64,000 nucleotides of DNA from an uncultured archaeon (GTDB taxonomy: Archaea > Nanobdellota > Nanobdellia > Pacearchaeales > GW2011-AR1), in the NCBI GenBank assembly GCA_902386025.1, contig CABMHR010000001.1:177108-241107 (forward strand). The letters are read 5' to 3'. The position numbers were made by a program, and so were the translations under genes. This document shows positions 1 to 9,510 of the stretch, in pieces (within the stretch, counting starts at the first letter, position 1; each line of letters begins with the position of its first letter). Below the pieces are notes generated by a model that was not told the origin of the DNA, ran no database searches, and was given only the letters and a program-made list of their open reading frames with translations.

Positions 1-708
1 AGATTCATTCTGAAGACAGTTCTTCTTCCTTTTAGTTTTGACATTATTTCCAAACTTTTGTTAAGAAGCTCCCACGCATTCTTTTTTAAGCTTCTGTGAA
101 ATTTTTTGTAAAGTTCTTCGTTAGGAGTATTGACAGAGATATATAACTGCGTCGGAAGCTGTTTTGCTTTTTTAAGCTCCTCAAGTTTTTCAGGATACAA
201 TCCGTTTGTAACAAGAAAACTTGTCTTCCCTCTTTTTCTAATCTCTTCAATCAGCCCGCCGATATTTTCATAAACCATCGGCTCTCCTGAAAGTGAAATT
301 GCAAACTGCATAGGCTCCTGTGCTTCAAGATATTTTTTCATATTCGCTCTGCTTAACTGTTTTTTCTTTGATTTTTCGTCTCTATTAAATCCAATCAGGA
401 GTTCTCTCTGCGCTTTTATGCATCCGTCAATAATTTCTTTTGGAGAATCAACATTTCCCTTCAGTTCATTGTCAATAGTCATTTCAATTGCTCTCCAGCA
501 GTGCAGGCATCTGTTTGGGCACCACATTACAGCAGGAGACATCTGACAGCATAGATGAGATTTTATCCCGTAGAATTGCTCTTTATAGCAGATTCCTTCA
601 TCTAAAAGAGATTTTTTAGTCCATCTGCATATTTGAACAGCAGAATGTTTTCCGACTAAATAATAATGCTGTTTTTTCAAAAGTTTTTTGATTTTATCAG
701 GAATCATA
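1..708 (-). CDS. taw1: tRNA 4-demethylwyosine synthase TYW1/Taw1 (radical SAM), partial; runs off the 5' window edge
   Basis: Minus-strand translation from ATG at 708..706 gives MIPDKIKKLLKKQHYYLVGKHSAVQICRWTKKSLLDEGICYKEQFYGIKSHLCCQMSPAVMWCPNRCLHCWR. This matches the TYW1 Cys-rich radical-SAM region. There is no stop inside the window. Confidence 0.7.
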
Positions 709-738
709 AAAAAAGAAACAGGGGGTAGATTTTAAAGC

Positions 739-2163
739 TTACTTAAACAAGCCAATTGCCCAGAAAATCATCATAACCAAAACTAACAGAAGGAATACAT
801 AAGTAACTATCTTGAACATTCTTTTTGCCCATTTCTTGCTCTTTGTGATTGCGAACATTGCAAGATAAAAGAATCTTCCTCCGTCAAATATTCCGACAGG
901 AAGCATATTCACCAATGCAACGCTGAATCCAATTAAAACAAGCCACCATAGGAAATTGTAAATAAATTCAGCAGCTTCAAAATTAGGAGCATAATAAACA
1001 GCAGGGTTTTTGAAATTAAACGCGCTCATTAATGTTCCTAAAATTCCTGAACTTTGCCTGCTGATAAATCCAACCCCCAGATAAGACTGGCTTTCATTTA
1101 ATGGATTTTTTCCTAAAGCAATTTCATAATCTTTGTCTGTCCCATCTTCAAGAATTGTTATTGTGACTTTATCCCCTGGAGAATATTTCATAAGTTCATC
1201 TCCAAGTTTCTCCCTGCTTGTTATTGCGATTCCGTTAAGTTTTATGATTGTATTGCTTAAGTTTGCCTTTATTGCAGGAGCATCATCATACAGAAGAACA
1301 TATTCATTTATTCCTGACTGGCTTTCAAGGAAACTTTCAGTTGCAAAATAGCTTTTATTTCCTGCTTTTATCTCGCTTATCCCTGTTGTGTTTGCGAAAT
1401 AAAGCAGTTTGTCAAATGCAATATTGCTGACATTTACCTCGTTTATTGAAGTTATTGCAGAAATTCCCACAGCAGAATATGTGTATGTGTCAAATACAAC
1501 CCCAGAAGGAGTGAAGGCAAGAGAGAAAAATAATACTAATATTCCAAATGATAAAATTGCAATCAGCAGGTTTGCAAATGTTCCTGCGGAAAGAATCGCC
1601 ATCTGATTCTGGATTTTTTTCTTTTCCATTTTTTTCTCGTCAAGTTCAACAAATGCTGCAAGAAATATTGGAAGAAAGAATGGAAAGAATCCAATCCCTG
1701 TGCTTTTTATTCTTACTTTTTTATTTACCGCAAAAATTCCGTGGCTGAATTCGTGGCTTATTGCAACAATTGCAAGAACAATTATCCAATAAATGAAATA
1801 AAACGGAGGAAGATAATTGACTTTGAAAATCTGCGGAAGATAAGGAAGCAGAGGTGCTATTGGAGGAATTTTTATCAAGCTTACAATTTCATTATGAAAA
1901 ATATAAGTCCAGACTATTTTTCCAAAAAGATAAAGCATTGTCGCCATCAGAAAAAATCCAATAATAATTGAGAGATAGCTCAAAAAATTAAGCAGTTTGG
2001 TGTATTTTTTTCCAATATGTTCTATTATTCTCATTCCGACTTTTGTTTTATACAGCCACAAAAGCCCTTCTCTTTTCAGATTCTCCCGTCTTTTGTATAA
2101 AAAAACAGAGGTAAACACTAAGAATATCACTAATAGCACTATGTCGTAAATCATAAAATTCAT
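739..2163 (-). CDS. Site-2 protease family (M50) zinc metalloprotease with PDZ-like region
   Basis: HEFSHG (HExxH) lies in a polytopic membrane protein. A LDG/FDGG-type distal motif is present. Confidence 0.65.
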   Translation of the reverse strand: MNFMIYDIVLLVIFLVFTSVFLYKRRENLKREGLLWLYKTKVGMRIIEHIGKKYTKLLNFLSYLSIIIGFFLMATMLYLFGKIVWTYIFHNEIVSLIKIPPIAPLLPYLPQIFKVNYLPPFYFIYWIIVLAIVAISHEFSHGIFAVNKKVRIKSTGIGFFPFFLPIFLAAFVELDEKKMEKKKIQNQMAILSAGTFANLLIAILSFGILVLFFSLAFTPSGVVFDTYTYSAVGISAITSINEVNVSNIAFDKLLYFANTTGISEIKAGNKSYFATESFLESQSGINEYVLLYDDAPAIKANLSNTIIKLNGIAITSREKLGDELMKYSPGDKVTITILEDGTDKDYEIALGKNPLNESQSYLGVGFISRQSSGILGTLMSAFNFKNPAVYYAPNFEAAEFIYNFLWWLVLIGFSVALVNMLPVGIFDGGRFFYLAMFAITKSKKWAKRMFKIVTYVFLLLVLVMMIFWAIGLFK

Positions 2164-2185
2164 TCTATTCCCTCTTTATTTCAGT

Positions 2186-2347
2186 TTATTTTTTTCTTAG
2201 CGGACGAAATGCTTTCTTCTTGCACTTCCTGCATTTGACTTTTCCCTTCAAAACTTTCTGCGAGTCTGCTTTCGCTTTTGTTCTGCAGTTCTTGCACACA
2301 AAAACATTCTTGTATAATCTGTTTGTTGCTTCTGGAATTTTAGCCAT
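2186..2347 (-). CDS. rpl40e: 50S ribosomal protein L40e
   Basis: 53-aa ORF, not in the ORF track: MAKIPEATNRLYKNVFVCKNCRTKAKADSQKVLKGKVKCRKCKKKAFRPLRKKK. It has the C4 zinc ribbon and basic composition typical of L40e. Confidence 0.65.
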   Translation of the reverse strand: MAKIPEATNRLYKNVFVCKNCRTKAKADSQKVLKGKVKCRKCKKKAFRPLRKK

Positions 2348-2409
2348 TGTATTATTGTGAAATTATGCTATTTAAAATATATGATTTTAATTCTAAGATT
2401 TCTGCCATC

Positions 2410-2796
2410 TTATACCTTTCGTTTTATTACTTTAACACCTTCAACATCCCAGTATTCAGCAGTGTCATTTCCCGCCAATTCGCTTTTGATTTCTTCAGGG
2501 CAGTCGACTTCAAGAGTCTCAAAATTTTCCAAATCCATCAGGCTTACTTTGTCTCCTACAGAAAGAACCTGCCCCTTTCTTTTTTCAACAAGGGGGATTT
2601 CCAGCCTGTCGTGCCCAGGGATTACAAAAACTTTTTTCTGTTCTGAAATTATTCCAACAGCTTCAATTCTGCATTTTGCGTGTCCGTGCTTTCCTGTCTT
2701 GCTTGTATCAATCTTTTTTATTGTGCAGGGCTCTCCATCAACAATAATATTAGTTCCGACTTTCGCCTCTGTTGCATTAATTATTTTCAAAACCAT
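2410..2796 (-). CDS. eif5a: Translation initiation factor 5A (aIF-5A)
   Basis: Hypusine-site motif STSKTGKHGHAK is present. The likely start is the internal Met (MVLKIINATEAK...), since the track ORF is N-terminally over-extended. Confidence 0.85.
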   Translation of the reverse strand: MVLKIINATEAKVGTNIIVDGEPCTIKKIDTSKTGKHGHAKCRIEAVGIISEQKKVFVIPGHDRLEIPLVEKRKGQVLSVGDKVSLMDLENFETLEVDCPEEIKSELAGNDTAEYWDVEGVKVIKRKV

Positions 2797-2847
2797 TATT
2801 AAACAAAAAAAAATACATTTATAAACATTTTTACTCAAACAAATAAA

Positions 2848-3507
2848 ATGGTGCTGCAAAAAAAAGACTTTATTGAGATTGAATTTACGGGAAGAATAAA
2901 AGACGGGGAAGTATTTGATTCAAATGTAAAAAAAAATCTGGAAAAATTAAACCCGAATGAAAACCCAAAACCCCTGATTTTTTCTTTGGGAGAGGGGATG
3001 TTTCTCAAGGGGATTGATGATTTTCTGATTGGAAAAGAAATTGGGGAATATACAATAGAACTTTCCCCTGAAAAAGCATTTGGGCCGAGAATAAAAGAAT
3101 TTGTCCAGATGGTTCCTTCAAAATTATTCAGCGGACAGAGATTAAATCCTGTTCCTGGAGCAGTATTCAACTTTGACGGAAGAATGGCAAAAATTCTCTC
3201 TGTCTCTGGCGGAAGAGTGATGGTTGATTTTAACAATCCTCTAGCAGGAAAAGCTGTGGTGTATGATGTCAAGGTTATAAGAAAAATAGACGACTTGAAC
3301 GAAAAAGTAAAATCATTTCTAAATTTCCTTTTCAGAAGAGACATAAAATTCTCTGTTGACAAAGAAAACAAGAAAGTGATTGTTGAAGTTGAGAAAAATC
3401 TCTCCCAGTTTGTTGAAATGTTCAAAGAGAAATTCAAGGATGTGATGGGAATGGAGCTTGAGATAAAAGCCGGTGAAAAAGAAAAGCCAAAACAGGAAGC
3501 ACAATAA
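2848..3507 (+). CDS. FKBP-type peptidyl-prolyl cis-trans isomerase (SlyD-like, with IF insert)
   Basis: Motifs: FDSN...PLIFSLGEG...DFNNPLAGK. Confidence 0.7.
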   Translation: MVLQKKDFIEIEFTGRIKDGEVFDSNVKKNLEKLNPNENPKPLIFSLGEGMFLKGIDDFLIGKEIGEYTIELSPEKAFGPRIKEFVQMVPSKLFSGQRLNPVPGAVFNFDGRMAKILSVSGGRVMVDFNNPLAGKAVVYDVKVIRKIDDLNEKVKSFLNFLFRRDIKFSVDKENKKVIVEVEKNLSQFVEMFKEKFKDVMGMELEIKAGEKEKPKQEAQ

Positions 3508-3564
3508 TTATTCTTCCTTTTTTAGAACGATAATTCTTATAAATCCATCTTAATTCTATTTGTT

Positions 3565-4668
3565 ATGGCAGAAATTTACAAAAAAGGTGCTTCGGCTATG
3601 TCAAATGTTTCTGAAGAAGTCAAAGAAATAGACAGGGAGCTTGAAGAACTTATAAAAAAGCAGTCAGCAAAAATAAAAGTTATTGGAGTTGGCGGTGCAG
3701 GAAATAATTCTTTAAGCAGAATGAGGGAAATAGGGATAAAAGGAGGGGAATTAATTGCAGTTAACACAGATGCTCAAGATTTGCTGTATGCAAATGCAGA
3801 CCAGAAAATACTTATCGGGAAAGATTTGACGCAGGGATTGGGTGCAGGGAGCAACCCCAAAATAGGAGAGCAGGCAGCAAAAGAATCAGAATCAGAAATA
3901 AAGAAAAAAATTGCTTCAAGTGATATGATTTTCATAACCTGCGGGATGGGCGGAGGAACAGGAACAGGCGCAGCTCCTTTTATTGCAGGGCTTGCAAAAA
4001 AACAGGGAACATTAACTATTGGTGTTGTAACACTTCCCTTTACAATTGAAGGAAAAAAAAGAATTGAAAATGCAATGGAGGGGCTTGACAAGATGCAGTC
4101 TGTTGTAGACACGCTTATTGTTATCCCCAACGACAAATTGCTGGAATTGGCTCCTGAACTGCCTTTGCATACTGCATTCAAAATTGCAGATGAAATTCTT
4201 ACAAATGCAGTAAAGGGAATTACAGAATTAGTTACAACAACAGGATTGGTAAATCTTGACTTTGCAGACATTAAAGCAGTGATGGTTGATGGGGGAGTTT
4301 CACTAATCGGCTTGGGAGAATCAGATTCTTCCCAGAGGGCAGTTGATTCTGTTGAGAAAGCAATTCAAAATCCCCTTCTTGATGTTGATATTTCGGGAGC
4401 AACAGGAGCATTGGTAAATATTGTCGGAGGGCCCGATATGAGCTTGGAAGAATGCAAGACAATAATAGAAGCAGTTGGAAATAAATTAAGCAGGGAAGCA
4501 AAGCTAATTTGGGGAGCCCAGATTTCAGATGATATGGAAAAATCAGTGAGAGTTCTTCTTGTTGTTACAGGGGTAAAAAGCTCCCAGATTATCGGACACG
4601 AAGATTCAATTGATGACATAAAACACAAGGAAATTGAAGAAGAACTCGGAATTGAATTTTTTGAATAA
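3565..4668 (+). CDS. ftsZ: Cell division GTPase FtsZ
   Basis: GVGGAGNN and the tubulin signature GGGTGTGAAP are present. Confidence 0.9.
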   Translation: MAEIYKKGASAMSNVSEEVKEIDRELEELIKKQSAKIKVIGVGGAGNNSLSRMREIGIKGGELIAVNTDAQDLLYANADQKILIGKDLTQGLGAGSNPKIGEQAAKESESEIKKKIASSDMIFITCGMGGGTGTGAAPFIAGLAKKQGTLTIGVVTLPFTIEGKKRIENAMEGLDKMQSVVDTLIVIPNDKLLELAPELPLHTAFKIADEILTNAVKGITELVTTTGLVNLDFADIKAVMVDGGVSLIGLGESDSSQRAVDSVEKAIQNPLLDVDISGATGALVNIVGGPDMSLEECKTIIEAVGNKLSREAKLIWGAQISDDMEKSVRVLLVVTGVKSSQIIGHEDSIDDIKHKEIEEELGIEFFE

Positions 4669-4687
4669 ATAATTTTAAAAACCCATT

Positions 4688-5020
4688 ATGCTGCATAAAT
4701 TTATGAAAGATATTGATGAAAGGCGTGCATTGCTGATGAAAGTGCATTATAATTATACAGAGCTTAGAGCAAAAAACAGAAATGATGAACTCCTTGGACT
4801 CTGCGACTATGATGCCCCTTCAGGAAGGTTGTCAATCAACAGAACTGTAAATGAACTTATTAAAAGATTTTCTCCAGAAAAAAGAGAGCTCAACGACGCA
4901 CTTAGAAATTATAATGCAAGCTTGGAAGAAGTCATAATGGGAGACAGAATAATACTTTCAGATAATTTGGTTTTCTCAAAAGAAGAACTAAAGGCGCTTA
5001 GCGAAGAACTTCCATTTTAA
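4688..5020 (+). CDS. Hypothetical protein (immediately downstream of ftsZ)
   Basis: 110-aa ORF with no recognised motifs. Confidence 0.35.
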   Translation: MLHKFMKDIDERRALLMKVHYNYTELRAKNRNDELLGLCDYDAPSGRLSINRTVNELIKRFSPEKRELNDALRNYNASLEEVIMGDRIILSDNLVFSKEELKALSEELPF

Positions 5021-5078
5021 TTAATAAGATATATTCGCATACACAAATCTTAAAAAACTATTTTTTAATTCATAAGTT

Positions 5079-5330
5079 ATGAAAAAAGATGAATATAATT
5101 CTTTTTTGTCCAGATATGACAAAGGAACAAGATTCGAGATTGTAACGGACAGGGGGAACGGAAGAATGTCATCAGAAGCAACACTAAATTATTCTGACAA
5201 GGCAGGAATTATTAAACCAGAATTGGAATTTGACGGAGGGGCAGTATTTAATCCGCGATTAGTAGGTGGGATTGAAAACGGAGTTATTTCTTTAAAACCG
5301 CTCTTCAATTTTTCATCAGATAAATCTTAA
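5079..5330 (+). CDS. Hypothetical protein
   Basis: 83-aa ORF. Confidence 0.3.
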   Translation: MKKDEYNSFLSRYDKGTRFEIVTDRGNGRMSSEATLNYSDKAGIIKPELEFDGGAVFNPRLVGGIENGVISLKPLFNFSSDKS

Positions 5331-5354
5331 AAACCCTGTTTCTCTAATTAATAT

Positions 5355-5573
5355 ATGAAAATTTTTACTTCACTGAAATCTTTTCTTGAGAAATGCAAAA
5401 GAGTTTGGATGGTTCTTAGAAAGCCAACAAGAGAAGAATTCCTCAAGATTGCAAAAGTTTCTGCAGTCGGGATTTTAATTATAGGAATTCTTGGATTTTT
5501 AATTTCTATTGTCATAAAGCTTTTTACAAAGTGATTTCTCCTTCAAAAAGTTTATAAACCTGACTTTCAAATA
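5355..5573 (+). CDS. secE: Protein translocase subunit SecE / Sec61-gamma
   Basis: 72-aa ORF, not in the track: MKIFTSLKSFLEKCKRVWMVLRKPTREEFLKIAKVSAVGILIIGILGFLI... It has a single C-terminal TM and sits directly upstream of spt5-rpl11, which is the conserved synteny. Confidence 0.7.
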
Positions 5574-5632
5574 AATTATATCTTTCTAAGATATTATGTC
5601 TTAGACGGAGCTAAACAAATAACGACGATAAA

Positions 5633-6091
5633 ATGATTTTTATTGTAAAAGTAACAACAAACAAGGAAGAAAGGGTATTGGACATGATTGCAGAGAGAGC
5701 TCAGAAAAAAAATCTGAATGTTTTTGCAGTTCTTCGCCCTCACGGACTTAGAGGATATGTTCTTTTGGAGGCAGAAGACAGGGAATCTGCAGAAGAATCT
5801 GCTTTTGATTTGCCTTATGTAAAAGGAATCATAGGAAAAACAATCAACTACGACGAGATAAAAAATATGATTGAACCTTCTGCAACAACTATTTCAATAA
5901 AAGAAGGAGATATTGTTGAGATGATTGCAGAGCCATTCAAGAAAGAAAAAGCAAAAGTTTTAAGAATAGACAAGCAGAAAGAAGAAGTTGTAGTAGTATT
6001 GCTTGGGGCAGTTGTTCCTTTATCTGTAACGGTTAAACTGGACAATGTCAAAGTAATAAGAAGAGAAGAAGGAGAAGAAAATGCAAATTAA
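5633..6091 (+). CDS. spt5: Transcription elongation factor Spt5 (NusG family, NGN + KOW)
   Basis: NGN-like N-terminus and a KOW motif (GDIVEMIAEPFKKEKAKV). Context is SecE-Spt5-L11. Confidence 0.8.
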   Translation: MIFIVKVTTNKEERVLDMIAERAQKKNLNVFAVLRPHGLRGYVLLEAEDRESAEESAFDLPYVKGIIGKTINYDEIKNMIEPSATTISIKEGDIVEMIAEPFKKEKAKVLRIDKQKEEVVVVLLGAVVPLSVTVKLDNVKVIRREEGEENAN

Positions 6092-6764
6092 ACTTTTGGT
6101 TGATGGTGGAGCAATGAAGCCGGGTCCTGCACTTAGCCAGAAGCTCGGCCCATTGGGGATTCCAGTAAATCAAGTTATTCAAAAAGTAAATGAAGCAACA
6201 AAGCCTTTTGACGGAATTCAGGTTCCTGTTGAATTGAATGTCAATCCTTCAACAAGAGAATTTGACGTAAAAGTTTTCTCGCCTCCTGTTTCTGGATTAG
6301 TAAAAAGAGAATTAAAAATTGAGAAAGGTTCTGGACTTCAGAAAAAAGTAAAAGTTGGAAATGCTTCAATAGAACAAATAATTTCTTTAGCAAATACAAA
6401 ATCCCAAAACTTGCTGTGCAAGGATTTTAAGTCAGCAGTAAAAACTATTGTAGGAACCTGCGCCAGCTTGGGAATATTAATTGAAAACAAGCCCGCTGTT
6501 GAGATAGAGCAGGAAATTAATGAAGGAAAATATGACAAGGAGATAAATGCAATGAAAACAGAAACTTCTCCTGAAAAGAAAAAAGAGCTTGAAGCATACT
6601 TTTCAAAGATAAAGAAGGAACAGGACAAGCTATTGCAGCAGGAACAGGCTGCTAAAGCAGCAGCTGAAGAAGCCAAGACAGCTGAAGCTCCTGCCGCATC
6701 TGCAGAAAAGAAACCAGAAGAGAAAACTGCCAAAGCTCCTGCCAAGGCTTCGCCGAAGAAATAA
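6081..6764 (+). CDS. rpl11: 50S ribosomal protein L11 (uL11) with ~65-aa Lys/Ala/Glu-rich C-terminal extension
   Basis: Core reads MKPGPALSQKLGPLGIP...VKVFSPP. The tail reads KAAAEEAKTAEAPAASAEKKPEEKTAKAPAKASPKK. Confidence 0.85.
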   Translation: MQIKLLVDGGAMKPGPALSQKLGPLGIPVNQVIQKVNEATKPFDGIQVPVELNVNPSTREFDVKVFSPPVSGLVKRELKIEKGSGLQKKVKVGNASIEQIISLANTKSQNLLCKDFKSAVKTIVGTCASLGILIENKPAVEIEQEINEGKYDKEINAMKTETSPEKKKELEAYFSKIKKEQDKLLQQEQAAKAAAEEAKTAEAPAASAEKKPEEKTAKAPAKASPKK

Positions 6765-6805
6765 TAAGAACAATTTATAAATTAATAATTGTTCTTTTTT
6801 TTAAG

Positions 6806-6878
6806 GGGGCTATGGGGTAGTCTGGTAGCCTTCGAGGTTTGGGACCTCGCGACCCCGGTTCAAATCCGGGTAGCCCCA
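6806..6878 (+). tRNA. tRNA-Pro (anticodon UGG)
   Basis: Hand-folded cloverleaf. Acceptor GGGGCTA/TAGCCCC, anticodon stem CGAGG/CCTCG, loop TTTGGGA, T-arm CCCGG-TTCAAAT-CCGGG, discriminator A. No encoded CCA. Confidence 0.85.
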
Positions 6879-6957
6879 TTGCACGAGTGCCGTGCAAGAA
6901 ATAAAATGCAACGAGAGCAGGCTTGAGTTCGGTAGCTCAATTTAAGGAAGACAAAAA

Positions 6958-7176
6958 ATGCCATCAAAATCAAAAAAAACAAAATCAGCAGGAAGATTCG
7001 GAGCAAGATACGGGCGTTCAGTGAAAACTAAATTAGTTAATGTAGAGCAGAAGCAGAGAAAAAAGCAAAAATGCCCATACTGCGGAAAACTTGGAGTGAA
7101 AAGAGTTTCAAAAGGAATATGGGAGTGTTCAAAATGCGATAAAAAATTTGCATCAGACATATACTACTTACAATAA
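6958..7176 (+). CDS. rpl37ae: 50S ribosomal protein L37Ae (eL43)
   Basis: GRFGARYG...CPYCGK...WECSKCDKKFA zinc ribbon. Confidence 0.8.
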   Translation: MPSKSKKTKSAGRFGARYGRSVKTKLVNVEQKQRKKQKCPYCGKLGVKRVSKGIWECSKCDKKFASDIYYLQ

Positions 7177-7183
7177 TAATAAA

Positions 7184-7321
7184 ATGGTTACCTACAAATG
7201 TTTCAAGTGCGAGAAGAAAGTTCTTAGTAACAACCTGGATAAGAGATTTGTCTGCCCTTTTTGCGGAAGCAAGATTTTTTACAAGCCAAGAACACATGTT
7301 AAGAAAATAAAGGCAGAATAA
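7184..7321 (+). CDS. rpoP: DNA-directed RNA polymerase subunit P (RpoP/Rpb12)
   Basis: 45-aa ORF, not in the track: MVTYKCFKCEKK...RFVCPFCGSKIFYKPRT. Conserved L37ae-RpoP-PfdB synteny. Confidence 0.75.
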   Translation: MVTYKCFKCEKKVLSNNLDKRFVCPFCGSKIFYKPRTHVKKIKAE

Positions 7322-7323
7322 AA

Positions 7324-7641
7324 ATGGACGAAGAAAAAATTCAGGAAATGCAGCTTCTTGAACAAAAACTGCAGAATACAATTCTTCAAAAGCAGGCGTT
7401 TCAGATGGAGCTTGCAGAAACTGCTTCTGCATTGGCTGAATTGGAAAAATCAGGAGATGAAGTCTTTAAAATAATCGGACAGTTGATGATTAAATCTGAA
7501 AAGTCAAAGATGAAAGAAGAACTTCTTGACAAGCAGAAAATTCTGAATTTAAGAATAGCCTCTTTGGACAAGCAGGAAAAAATTCTGGCAGAACAATCGG
7601 AAAAATTCAGGGAAGAAATAACAAAATATTCAAAAAAATAA
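7324..7641 (+). CDS. pfdB: Prefoldin beta subunit
   Basis: Coiled-coil, ~105 aa, downstream of rpoP. Confidence 0.65.
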   Translation: MDEEKIQEMQLLEQKLQNTILQKQAFQMELAETASALAELEKSGDEVFKIIGQLMIKSEKSKMKEELLDKQKILNLRIASLDKQEKILAEQSEKFREEITKYSKK

Positions 7642-7780
7642 ATGCATAAAAAAGATATAATTTTTTATTTTATTCTCTTTTCTTTTTAAAACCTCGTCGG
7701 TAAAAAAAGAATAGACACACTTTCAAAATATATAAATAAACTTGCGAAATCTTTATAAATAAGTCATATCTAACTTTAAT

Positions 7781-8179
7781 ATGGCATTTGATAAATTAAA
7801 AAAGGTTTTTAGCGGTTCTCCAAAAAGTTCAGGTTCTGCTGAAGATTATCTTGAGATTGACTTAGAGAAAGAGGAAAAAGAGAGCAAAATATTGGTTAAG
7901 CTTTTTGTACTGAAAAAATATGATGATGTAAACCCAATCTTGAATGTTTTGAGAGAAGGCTACACAATTGCAATCATTGACATAAAGGTTTTGAAAAGCA
8001 AAGACCCAATTGAGCTGAAAAGAGCTGTTTCAAAAGTTAAGAAAACAGCAGATGCTCTTGAAGGGAACATTGCAGGGTTCGGAGAAAATTTATTGATTGT
8101 AACTCCTCCTTTCGCAAAGATTGAAAGAGATACAACTGTAAGCACAGAACCAGAAAGAAAGCCAAATAAGTTTGAATAA
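7781..8179 (+). CDS. sepF: Cell division protein SepF (FtsZ membrane anchor)
   Basis: SepF/DUF552-like core ILVKLFVLKKYDDVNPILNVLREGYTIAIIDI...LLIVTPPFAKI. Confidence 0.6.
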   Translation: MAFDKLKKVFSGSPKSSGSAEDYLEIDLEKEEKESKILVKLFVLKKYDDVNPILNVLREGYTIAIIDIKVLKSKDPIELKRAVSKVKKTADALEGNIAGFGENLLIVTPPFAKIERDTTVSTEPERKPNKFE

Positions 8180-8220
8180 TTCTTCAAAACCTTTAAAACT
8201 TCTGCTTTTCTATTAATTTT

Positions 8221-8835
8221 ATGAAGATTGTTTTTATTCCCGCAAAAATAAATTCAGAGATAGATGCAAAAAAGATGCAGAATCTGAAACTGCCTGTTAA
8301 CATAGCAATTGCTTATTCTATTCAATATAAGGATATTACATTTAAAATAAAGGAAATTCTATCTAAAAATCATAAAATCACTTCCATAACTCAAGTTTTA
8401 GGATGTTCAAAGCCAAAGTTTATACGGGGAACAGAAGCAATACTGCTTGTTTCTTCAGGAAAATTTCACGCAATTTCCCTGTCGGCAGAGACAAACCTGC
8501 CTGTTTATGTTCTTGAAGCAGGAGGAATAAAAAAAATATCAAAAGAGGAAGTTGATTCTTTTGCAGTGAGAAAAAAAGCATCTTACTTGAAATTCCTTAA
8601 TGCAGAGAAAATTGGAATCCTAGTTTCAACAAAGTCAGGGCAGGAAAACCTGAAAAAAGCAATCTCTTTCAAAAACAATCTGAAAAATAAAAAATCCTAT
8701 TTGTTTATGGGAAATAATATTAATGTAAAAGAATTTGAAAACTTTCCAGACATCAAGGCGTGGGTTAATTCTGCCTGCCCAAGAATGGATTTTGACAGTT
8801 CAGCTATTAATATAAGCGATTTGGAGAAGAATTAA
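8221..8835 (+). CDS. dph2: Diphthamide synthesis Dph2-like protein lacking the N-terminal domain
   Basis: Aligns by eye to Dph2 domains 2 and 3 (VLGCSKP... and ...NSACPRMDFD). There is no domain-1 equivalent. Confidence 0.5.
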   Translation: MKIVFIPAKINSEIDAKKMQNLKLPVNIAIAYSIQYKDITFKIKEILSKNHKITSITQVLGCSKPKFIRGTEAILLVSSGKFHAISLSAETNLPVYVLEAGGIKKISKEEVDSFAVRKKASYLKFLNAEKIGILVSTKSGQENLKKAISFKNNLKNKKSYLFMGNNINVKEFENFPDIKAWVNSACPRMDFDSSAINISDLEKN

Positions 8836-8990
8836 TTTTATAATAAATTATCCCCCTTTTAAAATAATCATCTCACTTGGACAGCACGTTAATTCTTATT
8901 CATTAACTATTTTTTGTTATGATATAAAATTCTAAACGCGTGATTAAACTTACTTTGTTGTTTTGAAAAAGAGGGGATAATAAATTTTCC

Positions 8991-9380
8991 CTAAACTCTC
9001 GCCATTCCAAAAACTGTCTTTATGGCTACAATAATAGTAGCCGGAACAAATAATGCAAGCAGTGCAGCGAATATTGATGATGCAGTGTCTCCTGCTCCGA
9101 TTCCTATAAGAGAACTAATAACACTTTCCATTCCAAATCTGCTTACTATCACAATTATCGCACCTGTTATGAGAAATGTCTGTGAGTCTCTGCCTGTCGT
9201 GTTTATTGAAGCTCCAACAACTATTCCGAGAATAACAAGTATAAAATAAATAAAACTGCTGTATCCTGTCAGCTTTGAAAGGGGAATCAAAGTTGTCAGC
9301 AGTCCTGCAATCACAGCAAGAACAACTGCTATAAGAAAAGCCCACGCGCCTATAGAATTCTCTTTTGCCTTCATCATCAT
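8991..9380 (-). CDS. Hypothetical membrane protein
   Basis: Three or four predicted TM helices. Confidence 0.4.
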   Translation of the reverse strand: MMMKAKENSIGAWAFLIAVVLAVIAGLLTTLIPLSKLTGYSSFIYFILVILGIVVGASINTTGRDSQTFLITGAIIVIVSRFGMESVISSLIGIGAGDTASSIFAALLALFVPATIIVAIKTVFGMARV

Positions 9381-9510
9381 ATTAAATAGTATGCAGGGAA
9401 ATATATAAATTTTCTTGCTTCCTCATTCCCTCGTTATTTTCAATAAAAAACGGCATTCCAAATCTATATTTTGCAAAATACAAAACCTTATAAACCATAG
9501 TAACTCCGAA

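Noticed and set aside
1133-1971. Multiple 60-76-aa plus-strand ORFs inside the S2P protease gene, and similar antisense ORFs within ftsZ, lysS, rbcL, cysS and others
   Set aside because: They are antisense to well-supported genes, show low complexity, and have no motifs. They are artefacts of AT-rich sequence.
8848-8980. ~12-bp inverted repeats (ttatccccctttt / aaaagaggggataa) spanning 110 nt between convergent genes
   Set aside because: Most simply a bidirectional terminator or long hairpin between convergent transcripts. Nothing suggests a MITE: no target-site duplication and no other copies seen.
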